In this document: one piece after another, positions 41,009-55,200 of the stretch
Layout of the letters: each line of letters begins with the position of its first letter
How positions within the stretch are numbered: the first letter of the stretch is position 1
Assembly (NCBI RefSeq): GCF_964204645.1
Contig: NC_134028.1
Coordinates: 5,952,001 to 6,016,000, forward strand
Origin: Tubulanus polymorphus
Lineage: Eukaryota; Animalia; Nemertea
Length of the DNA stretch: 64,000 bases
Reading direction: 5' to 3'
The notes under the pieces: generated by a model
Database searches by the model: none
Told to the model about the DNA's origin: nothing
What the model saw: the letters and a program-made list of their open reading frames with translations, nothing else
Position numbers and translations under genes: made by a program

Positions 41009-43014
41009 TTTTACTATGATTTTAGTTACGCTTGTCATCGCATTGGAAACGAGGGCACCACCTCCTTGACACGGGTGATTATGTATCTATGCACCGTTAA
41101 AAATTATCAGAATTACTAAATCATGGAAACGCACCAGTATTTTTAAATCTAGCCAAATTTTGTTTGTTTCAAAATGTTTAAATGAGATCGTCCATTTATG
41201 CAAGTCAAATAAAATCTCTTGTTTAAATGCTTATATTGTTGATTTTTGTCCTTATTGATTTTATGAAATATTGTATCCTCTACAAACCTTGGTCAGAAAG
41301 TAATTGACTGTTGCATTATTGTAATTGATTCATCAGGTTGGTTCAACACACATTTTTGGGATCGACCGCGACATCCTCTTAGCTGGGTTAAGTCACAGTA
41401 ATCAGCAAAATGTGAGCCGAGCCATTCTAGCCCATCCTTGGTACATTGCCTGCAGTGGATTTTATGGCTATAACAACCGTGTCAATCACACACAATTGAA
41501 AACAAACAAATAAACACTAATCTTTACCAGTAAATGGCACTTCTCAAAAATATATTATCGCAAAAATTATAGTTGTACAAAATAATTCTTTTCATAATTA
41601 TGACATCGATCGCATCATTTTATATTTTGAGCTAAAAATCTTTTTCGAGACGACTGAAAAAATTTCATTGACAAAAAATCGAAAATAAGTTCATTCTATT
41701 CACAGTTCAGCAGAACCGATGCATAAATCATCATAAAATCAATTTTAAAGAAGCTCATGAAATATCTAGATACGACTAATAGAGTAAAATTGCGTTTTTT
41801 CATTCTTATGAACCGAATTTCATTTTACAGTAGAGTATTAAGCTACGCTCAAGTTGGATCATTTTGATGAAAAATTGTCCAAAATTGTTGGATGCAATAC
41901 AACAAGCACCAGAAAAATATCTTAACAATATATTATTTAATTTGTATACTTATCATTTGTATAGTAGGAAAAGCCTTTCTTTTGATATACTTTATATATT
42001 CAAATTCCGAGTTGACTTGAGCGGAGTCAACTGTAATGATGATAATTATATTTATTTACAAGTTATTGACCATAAAATGTACAAAACAAACAACTAAAGC
42101 ATCAACAACATTTAATATTATTCAGACATTTTATATCTTTTTATAGATTGCATAAAATACTTTTATTACACTTAGACATAAATTGAAAAATAATCCATTC
42201 CTATACATAGGCTTTAACTTTACCCAAGGAGTCACTGAGTTTGTCACTAGCAAACTAATCATCAGTTTGTGTTTTTAACAGAAATGCAGTCACTGAGAAA
42301 ATGCTTTCGTTGAAAAAATATTTTTTCAAAAATGCTAAAAATACTGGTCTTGACAAGTTATGTCAAAAGCTGTGAATGCAACATTAATCTTTTTAGTTTA
42401 TCAAGATAAATGCTTTTAAATACTGGAAAATCTTTAAAAAATATCATGTACAAAATTTATGGAAGACTTTCAATTGTTATAAAAATAATCAACAAATCTC
42501 ATGTTAAGGAATTTTGTGTTTTTTTCAACAATTTTGTGGAATGTTGAGCAAAATGCAGCATTTTAACCTCTTCAATGTATCAAGTGATACAAGAGGGAAG
42601 TGTACTATAGCGCGACATCATAATACACCATGACCGGGTGATTGAATAAAATTTATTTCTGAAAGTGGGTTAACAATACTGAGTATTACCGGTATTCTAT
42701 TGAAATGTAAACATCTTAGATGGGTAAAATCTTTCACAGACGGCAAAAATCGCATCCTCCCACACTAGCCCGAGTGCGCAGCTTAGATGATGTCATTATT
42801 AGCCAAGCAGAAATCCTGTTTTATTTTAGCCCGGGTTTTTCCGGTTATAGTTTATCTGTGAAATTCTCCTCAGCAATCATACAACGGGCAATCTGATTGG
42901 CGCCGTAATTTTTCTTGCAGCAAACCTGCGCTCCTGGTCTAGTGTGACAGGGTTCGTGCTGTGACTGAGTCCATCAGGTTCAAATCCCTGCTGAGTCGAA
43001 AAAATCGAAAATCA

Positions 43015-46000
43015 CTAGCAAACTGACCGTTCGCTGGGGGTAATACCACGACAAAACTTGCGTGCCACACCGGACAAAGCATTCTCGCAAAGCAGCCGAT
43101 AAATATGTCCATATTTGCATTTTTTCGGGTAGCGCTCTTGGAATTTTAGCAGCATTTGATACGCGCATTCGCGGGTGTCGTCTTTGTTCGCGTGTTGAAT
43201 GCAGAGCAGATCTTCTTCGGGTAAATTCAACGAACGCCCGAACGATTTCCACGACTGCAACAATCCCTCGGATATACGCCACATATCCGACGTCGAGATT
43301 TCCTGCCGGTTTTCGAGGATGCTCTGTTCGTCGAACGAGTTGTCGCTGAGCGGTTGTTGTTCGTCCTCGACGGATTGTCGTCGATTTCTTTTGGCAGACG
43401 GACCGGGACTTTCTCGGTTGATCGAACGTTTTCTTTTCGGAGTTGAATTACTGTTTGGTTTACAGCCTAAAGAGAATAAATCATCGATTCGTGAGTGAAT
43501 TTTCTAAGCACAATCAGAGCCGTATTTGGTAGAGTGGTAGAGTGCCCACTTGCATCTGCTTGTCTGCTTGTACCCTTATCCAAAATCTTTCTGTATTCAT
43601 ACAGTAGATTCCACCTAAAGAGTTAGCACCAGGACCCAAATGTTACCGAGACAAATACCGGTAGGCCTATATGAATTTTGGTATATGAAATATTATCGTC
43701 ACATCCAATAGAAATCTATTGTAGAAATCCTTCACTTGGGACTGACAAGCATTGCTATAGGCCTGACAGAGTTGTTAGGGCCTATAAGAATAATTGTTAC
43801 ATCTGTGTTTAATTCTAGGTAACTAACTGCCCTTTTTAGGATTTTTCTCCCCCTCCCTCATATTCAAATGCTAAATACGACCATGTGCGAGAGCTTCAAG
43901 TAACTTTCAAATACATAAACGAGGAACTGATCTCTGACTGACTAATTGAACTTACCCAGTCTACTGATCACTTCGCTTAAACTCTCATCGAGATCATCTT
44001 CTTCTAAACTGCTGTCGATTTTCTGCGGTGGATCCTTAATCTTGAAGCCGATCTGATCGAGACTTCGGTCGTCCTTGACGCCGTTCGCGTTCAGGCGAAT
44101 ATTACGCCCGACCTCGTATAATGCCTGAACGAACTCGTCGGGAGTTCCGCCGCGAGTTTGAAATATGCTCAGCATGAACGCGAACGGGTCCATCGTCGAG
44201 CCGAGTTTATGGTTGACCTCGTGAGCAGTGAAACCGAGGTGTTTCGCGAAAACTTTCCAATTATCGTCGTTGTTGATGCCCAACATACCTGAAATGAGAA
44301 ATTCATATTCATATAGAAAAGAAAAGAAACGTTTTTCAAATCCACTTCTTACACTACCATAGGCAACATTTATATGTTCTGCATAATTAGTACAACAAAA
44401 GAGTTCATAGTGTCCATGACAAATATTATCTAATGACTTTCAAGGCCTATTTTGACTCGGATTACAGCACTTGAACTGTCATGCTTAAGCCAGGAATCAT
44501 GAAATCTACATTTTTCAGGCATTCCAGATTTCAAGAGCTGCTGTAAAAGTGAAGTTATATAATTGGATCTGCAGATGATAAATTATGTCTGATGCCGAAT
44601 GATTTAAGGATTCTAGAGCCTATTCCACGATAATCATGTCCTTGAATTGACCCATTCCCATTATAACTTATAAGGACCTTCAAGGACTGCTATGAACCCG
44701 GCAATGAGGATTAGAGATTTTTCAATGGAGAACACCGAACCCAGAACTTACTGGCTAATTCTTTTACAGCTAATAATGACCACCTGTCAGTCGAGTCGAG
44801 TAACGTCTCAGCTTCATTTCCACTCTACAGAATAAATAAACACAGAATCACTCTAGCACTTATCAGTTATAGGAAGATAATCAATCATTGTGATGGATAT
44901 AGTACCTTAGTGAGATTGAATTCAAACAATGGCTCCATTACTCCAGCCTGGACCATCCTTTCAACTATCACTTTACCAAATACTCCCTTTTCTTTGACGT
45001 TTCCCTTTGAAATTCGAAAGAAACCTCATCATTTTCAACGTCATCATCGATAATAAACAACGTTCAAACATTTTAGGGTTTAGCGACCTCACCTTGTAGA
45101 CGCAAGCGAATTGTTTTTCAAATTCTCGTCCTCGAAAACCGAATTCAACTTTTCTCAGTTCTTGCTCTTCGCCGTTTTCGACATCTGCCTCAAAAACTTC
45201 CGATTTCAAACGAATTACTATTGCACCTGAATAACAAGAAAATCATTTTTACAAATGTTTTCAAACTGGAGGAAGATTTAAATCAAAAGACATCGTACTT
45301 TTATAAGGTTGGCATAAAATAGGACCCAGAACTCCACAGTTGTGAGATTAACCCTTTCAGTGCATCTACACCGCAGTGCGGTGTATAAATCAGTGATTGA
45401 CTTTGCTAGTACACCACACTGCAGTGTATCAACGTATTTGGTAATTAGTTTTAATCAATCCAATAAACGACTGCAGCACCCGTCAAACACTCTTGAATAT
45501 AAGTACCGGTAACTAGCAATACACCGCAGGGCAGTGTAGACTATAGCAGTATGCCCATTATTCAATGTACTAGGGAGGAATTTTTCAAAAATTTTAAAAC
45601 TAACTCCAGCACTTTCAGGGTATTTACTAGTCAGCATTGAAAGGGTTAAGTTCAATTCAATTGTTTAACAAAATGCTGAACCGCAAATGAACCTCGCAAA
45701 TGTGCAACTGGGTCCACATTGTGTCTGGTGCATATACCTGGTTTGACCATCCTCGGTCTGAGACTTCCGCCGACGCGATGCCGATAATTACCGACCTCCG
45801 GGAATCGCTTATCGCTACGATAGCAAATCACCTCCAGTCCGAACGATTTCGAGTCGACGTTCTCGTCCATCATTCCTTGACACATCATCGAAAACTGAAT
45901 GTACGGATAAACGTACGAAACGCCGATCTTACACTCGTACAAACTCGACGCCAGACAATCCCACATCGCTCGATACCACGAAAAATGCGGCACGTTCATT

Positions 46001-47940
46001 TCTAAACTATAATTACCGTTGGCGCCAACGGCGATGCGGTAATCAACGTGGATCCGTTCCCATTGCAACGGCTCTGTTTCGTCGGTATCGCTGCACCAAA
46101 GCGTTATTTGATTATGCGGATTCAAATTCAATCGATTCATGATCGTCAGACAATCGGGTATCGGTAGCTTCAGCGTGACGGGCACCGTCGCGTCGCGTCG
46201 AAACCGACAACCGTGCGGCGCGAGATATACGACCGGAGTCGCGAGAGCGCGTGGCGCGTCGTTCGAAAAATCTAAACAATACGGCTCGTCTCCGTAGACG
46301 ACCTTTATCCGCGCGTCGATATCTTCGACTAGCGACCCTCGCGGAAAATTCACCTCCACGTCTTCGACCTCGTTTACTCTCAACGCGCCGCCGACGTCGG
46401 CTTCAATGCGCCGCCGCGCCACCGGGTACGACTTCTTTACGATCACCGTAAACAGACTGAAATGCCAGGTCTTTATGCAAACGCGATCGTCCTTCAAAAC
46501 GAAACAATCGCGGTCCATCTCGCACCAATCGGTCGGTTCGCCGACTCCGGAATCGCTACACAAGCAAATAATCTCATTACCCGAATCGACCGGTACAGCT
46601 AGAGGTATATCCAAAATGGCCGGTTGACTTTGATAGAATTTTGTTCCGTGCGGCTCTAAACTGACGACCTGACTAGCCTGCGTCGCTCGATCCGATATAT
46701 CTGGCGCATACGACAAATCTTCAACGATATCCAATTCGAATAAATCGTTGGCGTAACCGGAGAGATTTTTCGCCGGGATCGAAACGGCGACGTTTTTATA
46801 CTTGAGTCGTTTCGTGCCGCTGTTCGTCACGAATTCGCGGCATTCGCCGATTTCGTCAGTTTCCGAATCGTCGGAGCAGATCTCGAGGAACGACCGATTC
46901 AGCAAATCCGAATCGGAGTCGTCGATATCGCTGGCGTCGCCGATGCTGCCGTGGTCGCCGTAAACGCTGTCCGTATCGTCGGTCGCGCCACTGCAAATTC
47001 CGATCGAGCATTTCTCATCGGTCGGCGTGGCCAACGATCCGTAATCGCTTGTGACACGCGGTGTCGTACCGCCCGATGCCGGAAACAAGTTTCTCGGGCG
47101 AAAAGATGCGTTCGCCGATGCCTCGGTTGGAACGCTACAATGCGACGAATCGATAACGACAGCTTTCATCGGTTCTAATTTCGGCTTCGTGAATTCCAAA
47201 TCGTCGTCTGGTTTATGATGATTGAAGGTGAATTTTGACGGTAATCCGTCGAAGCTGAACGCGCGACGAACGCGAGACACGTGCTGCTGCTGCTGCTGCT
47301 GTTTGGGTTGTTCATTTTCCTTGTCTTTTTTCGGCGTTACGCGTAATTTCAAATTGCGCAATTCGTCGAGAAACGAATACTCGGCGTTGTTCGCATCGTT
47401 GTCGTCGCAACTAGGAACGTGAACGTCGATTTTGAAATGTCTCCGTAACGCGACGAGACCGCCGAGGAACTCGTCTTTCGGCACGTTCGCGATCGGGTTT
47501 TTCGAAATGAAGAATTTTCGCAATCGCGGCAAATACAATATCAACTCGTCCAGATGACCGATCAGATTGCCGGAAAAATTCAAATACTGCAACAGTTGAA
47601 GTTTTATTAAAGACGCGGGAATGAATTTTATTTCGTTATGAGAAACGTCGAGATGTTTCAACTTTTTCAAACACTCGATGCTCGAAGAAACCTCTTGTAA
47701 CGCGTTGTGCGTAACCGTAAGGTGTTCAAGATTCACCAGCGCCCATAAACAAAACGGTAACTGCTTCAAAACATTATGACTGAGGTCTAATTTCGACATA
47801 GTCGTTATTAACGGTTCTTGGCACAACGACGGCGGAATCGAAGATAAATTCGACCCGCGTAGTTTGACGTCTTTTTTCTTCCATTTTTTCGCCTCGATGA
47901 CTACGCTTTCTACATAAGATATACCCCTTAAAGGAAGCAT
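43015..47940 (-). CDS. PIDD1-like protein: LRRs, low-complexity linker, ZU5-ZU5-UPA, two death domains
   Basis: Exons 47940-45738, 45226-45093, 45004-44906, 44824-44752, 44288-43956, 43466-43015 in frame. First ATG at 47940 follows an upstream in-frame TGA. LxxLxLxxN repeats, ZU5 motifs (SQVVSLEPHGTKF, TPVVYLAPHG), HFS motifs, two death-fold segments (NWKVFAKHLGF; SWKSFGRSLNL..CAYQMLLKF). Confidence 0.85.
45352..45645 (+). mobile_element. piggyBac-type MITE, full length
   Basis: TTAA target duplication on both sides with TIRs CCCTTTCAGTGC / GCATTGAAAGGG. Confidence 0.88.
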
Positions 47941-48596
47941 ACTGTAGCGCCACACCTTATTTCCACGCTTAATTCACCTGAAATATTTCAGAGTTTTTAT
48001 TAAAGCTGACCATACCCTAACCACAACAAGACAGACAAATCACTAAATACCACCAGCACACAAGCTTAAGTCTGACACCCATGGCTAATACATTGTTATA
48101 TTTTCATGGTCTATATCACCTATAGACAGTATCCAGTTGATGCCCATTCAGAAACAGAAAACATCAATTTTTCAAATTATAGTAACTATCAACATAACTC
48201 AAACAACATAATTAATAGTAACCCAATTGAAATTATTCCACAGGGACCAGGGTGACACGAGATGCTTAATTAGCAAACCTATTCATCAATTGAATAGGAA
48301 TAAATTAGCTTCTCTTCCACAAACTAGGCCTACAATAATTAGGCTTGAGGAGAGGGCCTAACTGAAATAATACCCCCAACTTTTCTATACTATTCAAGTC
48401 TAGAGAATTAGGCTAATTAGTTCCACATTTCCATACTGTCAGTACAGTCTAGATCGGAGGGCTAGGCCTCATGTAGCATGTAAACAGTAAATAAATCATA
48501 TCTCAAAAAAGGACTACGTCACACACATATTCTTGCATCTCATCTTGCTGAACCTTAAGTGAGATCTGACTGAGGATTTGCCAGATCCTGTGGTAC

Positions 48597-48705
48597 CTGG
48601 CAGGTGCTGCCGCGCTGCTCAACGCTCCCCCAACACCAGCACAGCAGCAAGCTCTGACTGACTGACTGACTCTGGACTGACTGACGTGTGACGACGTAAA
48701 ATTCA
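48597..48705 (-). promoter_or_regulatory. Probable core promoter and non-coding first exon of the PIDD1-like gene
   Basis: Repeated TCAGTC Inr-like motifs on the minus strand, TGACGT CRE-like sites, GC-rich leader ending in CAG|GTACCA donor; matching acceptor at 47978. Confidence 0.5.
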
Positions 48706-49628
48706 AGAAAAAGGTCTTGCGTGATGCACATTACCCGATGACAACGTTAGATTCGACTGATTATGGTACACTGTTAATAAATTCAATACTTACATCAACT
48801 TTCAGTATCCTCCTACGGTGCATAAACATGGAACGCATCCCTTTGTGAAAAAATGAAGAATTAAAAATTTTCGAATCTAGCAACAAAGCGCCACCTGCAG
48901 GGATTCTGTCCTCACATGCCACTAATTCAATTAAACTTTATTGTCATGATTAAACAACAAAAATTTAATGTTATCAAAATATTATACAGTGGAACCTCGT
49001 TATAACGATTTACCCGCTATTTTACAAATCTAAAATTCTCCTAATATAGGGCAATTTTTATAAATTTCATCCTGCGAGTAATATTTGTACCAGTGGCAGT
49101 GGGATTGTGTGTTACAACCACTACTAGGTTGTAACGCACAAAATCCCACTGGTAAAAATGTATTTGCAAATTCTACCACAGTTCAGAGCTAAATTGGGAT
49201 CATTCGTTAATAACACATGCATGAAATTTGACTTTTTCAATCCCTCCGTACGCAGTCGGCCGTTTTTTCATATACATTAAGCATTATAGTACGCAATTGC
49301 ACGGACCCTCCACCCCTAATGCGTACGTAATAAATGAATGATCCCATTTGGCTTTTTCTCCTGAAACCCATTCAACTATGTGCATGAAACAAGCCAATAA
49401 CACTTTCCCAAGTTGAATATCACAAGATCACCACAATCCCAGCCTCAGTGACCAGAAACATCATTTGAAAAGTTTTGAATACTCATATCCTCAGAACCAA
49501 AAACTCCTTATAAAAATATAGATCCTCAGCGAAATCACAAAGTAAACTTGAATAGAACAACTTTTCAAGGTCCAAGAAATGTAAGCTTTAATTATTTCTT
49601 TCGTTATTTATTACACAGGTATAAATTT

Positions 49629-51074
<1,446 letters not shown>

Positions 51075-51517
51075 TCTGAAATGTAAAAAAGATGAAACAT
51101 TTACTCTAAATTCGTGGTGTAGTAATTGTGTGTGAAGAAGTCGAAAAAGAATGCTGGTGGAGTAGCATTTGACAGGTACAAATCAATTACTTCCATTAGC
51201 TTTTACACTCTCTGACAAGATCTTCACTTCTGATATTTAGGTAAACTAATTTGGCAAAAAACCAAAACAAATCTATTCATTATCTACCAAATGACAATTA
51301 ACTTAAATTTAGCGTCGAACGTGTGATAAAAAAAAAGTAAACACAGGGGGTACACTTGGAATCGGAGCCTATATTTTAGAGGCCGCTTACGATACAGAAG
51401 ATCCAGTTAGGACCCTACGTAGAATAACAATTCTATTTTTCGCCAAGTATCTCAAAAAGTTGTAAATATCGCTATTTAACCCGATGAAAGTAGATTAAAA
51501 GACACGTTTTATCGCAC

Positions 51518-51566
51518 CTGAAATTTCAATATGGCGGAAATACGACGAGAGAACGGAAGCGGAAGT
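51518..51566 (-). promoter_or_regulatory. RPS14 non-coding first exon with 5'TOP/TCT-like pyrimidine start and YY1 site
   Basis: Minus strand CTTCCGCTTCCGTTCTCTCG...CCGCCATATT...CAG|GTGCG; divergent from ZSWIM8. Confidence 0.75.
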
Positions 51567-52272
51567 TTGTTCGGCGAATAGTTAATTGAATTCAATTCAA
51601 CTTTATTAGAACCCATAAATTTCTTCCTAAATCATTTTTGTGCTTATCACATGCCATGGAATGGTCTCAATAAATGGAAAAATGTTCAAAGTTCTTTTTT
51701 TAATTCATGGTTTTTGAATAATTAAATGTCACGTAAAAACAAATACAAAATCTTTTTTTATTCTTTTAAAAAGTTATTTGGTCCCTTAATACTTTGGCTC
51801 TTTCATTCTTGTCTGCTGATTAGGAATATTGCCAGCTTTTTATTAGTGACCAGTAGACTACTCTTTCAAGCAAAAAAATTAATTTGATTGAATTGCTTCG
51901 TCCCGATCTCCGGAAATCTCCGACGAAATCCGTGGCTTTCCGAGGAAGGCCGATGAAATCTTGTTATTGTTATGGAGGTGGAATTATTATTCGGACGAAA
52001 ATAATGCCCCAAATCGGCCTTTTAGATATCGAAATGCGACCCGACTTTACGTCGAAATGAATATCTAAACATTGATCTTCACGTTTAACGCACGCAATCG
52101 CGAATAAACGCGCGATTAATCCTGCAATTGGCTTCAGGAAATAGGCGAGTTGTCACTCACTTTTTTTTCGATATTAACACTTTGAACTACGTTTCAATTA
52201 CCTGGAAATCAGCTGTCTTTGTTCACTAACTAGTGCAGTACGGTGTGCAGTTGTTTTCGTCAGGTGTGAGAA

Positions 52273-55200
52273 ATGGATTTCATGTTCGACTGGGAAGCTG
52301 AAGGTGATCGGTTCTCGTTCGAAGACAGCGACCGATTTGAAGAAGATTCACTATGTTCGTGGATCAGCGAACCAGAAAGTCTTTGTAACAATTGGCGCGG
52401 TTGGAGAAAAAATGGTGGTGGCGGAGGCCAACAGGGCCAGTCTCATGCTAGAGGTATTTAATTTGTTAATTTACACCATGCTTTTATCAATATTAAGCCT
52501 AATTTAGTGGATTTTACATTTTTTGCAGCAGTTTGTTCATTGTTGCATGACCTCATTATGATGTGTGACAAGTTTTGTCTTACTATTTGAATTAAACAAC
52601 AGTGATAAATAAAAGTTATTATATATTTTTTAATCTGCGATGTTTAAAATCCACCCAAAAATTCTAGAAGTCTGAAAATTTATTTTATGATTTTTTTCTA
52701 GTTTACAGAAAGTTTAATCTTGTCGAATTGTTGTCAAAGAGCGTTGACAAATTTTTTCTGTATTTATTCCAGAGGGTCGTGTAACGTCATTGGTTGAACT
52801 TGCTGCACAAGCTGTCGCTCAGTATATCCCATTCGAAGTGGTCGAACATTTCTATCCACCAATTCCTGAACAATTGCAACTGCGAATCGCTTTCTGGAGC
52901 TTCCCGGAAAATGAAGAAGATATCAGGTATATCTTTACTCTGGTTCTTCATGATCCATCCTTTTAGTTCATTTGATTAATTAGTTGCATTAACCCCATGG
53001 TCCTGTTTTCTTAATTTGTTTAAACTTTGGAATTAGGTATTAACTCTGCTATTAATTATTATCTTCAATTGACTTAAACTAATGGTTAAAGTTAAATCTG
53101 GTTTTTATAAAAAGTATCTCGGGCTCTTTTTAGTAAGTGTCTTCATTTGGTATTGGTATTTTTCAAATAGGCCTACATTTGTGTTAACTTTCACACATCA
53201 ATGAGCACTTCACCAACTATCATTTTCATTAAAATCAGGGCAGATAAGATCTTAATCACTGTTCTTTAGCGTGTTCAATGTTCTGAATCCTTTTGCAATG
53301 ATTGAACCTTTTTATGAATTTTTTGTACTCGTCATTTCAGGCTTTATTCATGTCTGGCCAATGGAAGCGCTGATGAATTCCACAAAGGAGAACATTTGTA
53401 CAATAATAAATCTGTAAAAGATGTCCTTCAAATCGGTAAGTTTTCCTTCAATACGCCGAAATCACTTAGTGCCAGTTTTAAATTCAACCCCAGTCTTAGT
53501 TTCAACAAAGTAGCGGTGGCCTTGACCTGGAAAACTCAGGGAATCAGAAAAATCTAGAAGAAAAAATCTGAAAAACTTGACAAATTTTACCAAAAACTTG
53601 GAAACTGGAGGAATTCCCATAATACTATTGACCATGTGTTTCTTCATCAATACGATATTCAACTAAAAATGAATAAATTGCAACATTTTTAACCTAGAAA
53701 TTTCTCTGATTCACTCAGGGAATTTTGTGATCACGTGGAAAAATCAGGGATATTTAAGGGCGATTTATAAATGGGCGGAAAGTGGCCAACCTGAAATTTA
53801 AATCATAAATCCATTGAGGATGAGATGTTATATCATGGATAATGCCATCGCTTAATTTACCTAATCCCCTCTTGAACCCCAGGGCCACTAATAATAATAA
53901 TTAGTAATAATGATTATTTAGCCTATAATCCATATAAAATATGCTCATTAGCTTTACATCATATATAAAAAGCGAACATAGAAACAGCGAAAACTAAAAC
54001 TGGTTTGATGAAAAGCTTTGATGAACAAATGGGTTTTGAGATTAGATTTAACGACATCGATTGAAGGACTAGATTTAATTGGACTAGGTGAATTATTACT
54101 GGGGCAGAGTTTGCAAAGGCTCTGTGCCCAGCTGAGACACTACTCAAAATGGTCTATTCTGATTTTCAGGATTCCACCTGAGTGGAACAGTAACTCCTGC
54201 TCAAGCCTATGCACCATCGAAAGGCACGTTCAATGTAGCAGTAGTGTTCGATAGACGTCGTATAACCTCATGTACATGTACATGTAACGGAACAGCCTCT
54301 TGGTGCGCTCATGTTGTAGCATTGTGTCTTCATAGGATCATTCAGGTAATTCATATTACATCAATCAGAGAAATACAAGCGAACGGGAAGGTCGACTCCT
54401 CAAAAATCCGCTAGGCACTGCTAGTAATCTTGTGTTTTGTTCAGCGCCCTCACCTGTGGCGATAAGCAATAGATTTTGTAGACGGGTTGACAGTCTCTTT
54501 TCTTAATTTAGCGTTTTTCATTGATTTGTTTAATTCTCAATACCAAATCTTGAAAAACAGTAATGTTCAATGCTCGTAGTGATTAATCTAATCGAAAATC
54601 TTTCCGAGAACCTATTGTTTATCGCCACCGGTGAAGGCGCTGATCAATTTCGAAGATAGCTAAGGCAAATGTATAGTGACGTCACGGATTGGACTTCCCT
54701 TTCGCTTATAGTTCTATGCATCAATTCACAACGAAAATAGTATCTTTTCCTAGAGCCTACATTTTAGGGTCAAGAGTTAAAACTTTTGAATATGAAATGA
54801 TCTTAATGGTACACGTGTATAAGAATCAAATGTGACTGATCAAGGTTTCATCGGCCAGAGGCAATTGATTCTTGGCGGTCTGAAATATCCATCAGGGTTC
54901 ATGGTTTCAAATCCTGGAAATGCTGGTATTGATGAAAGATGCTCGTTGCTTGAATTACGTTGAACAATGTGTGCGTATATATGATTTATTTTTCCAGGCT
55001 ACGTCAGTGTGCCTTCGTGCTCCGGTATCAGAATCATTATCCCGTCTTCATCGAGATCAGCTTCAGAAATTTGCTCAGTATCTCATCAGTGAATTACCAC
55101 AACAGGTCAGTTCGATTCCCGATCTTATATTCAATCTGGTCCACCGGGAAATACGGTTTACCGTCGTTTGAATATACATGTAATGGTACTGGGTCCTCAA

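Noticed and set aside
47941-47955. GTG start of the 767-aa ORF and its read-through to 45652
   Set aside because: ORF-finder artefact: the eukaryotic start is ATG 47940 and the exon ends at the 45738 donor.
48440-48930. p53 response element for the PIDD1-like gene
   Set aside because: Only isolated mismatched CATG half-sites; no paired RRRCWWGYYY.
51110-51235. H/ACA snoRNA in RPS14 intron 1
   Set aside because: One hairpin followed by ACA, but no convincing H box or 5' hairpin; needs a snoRNA scan.
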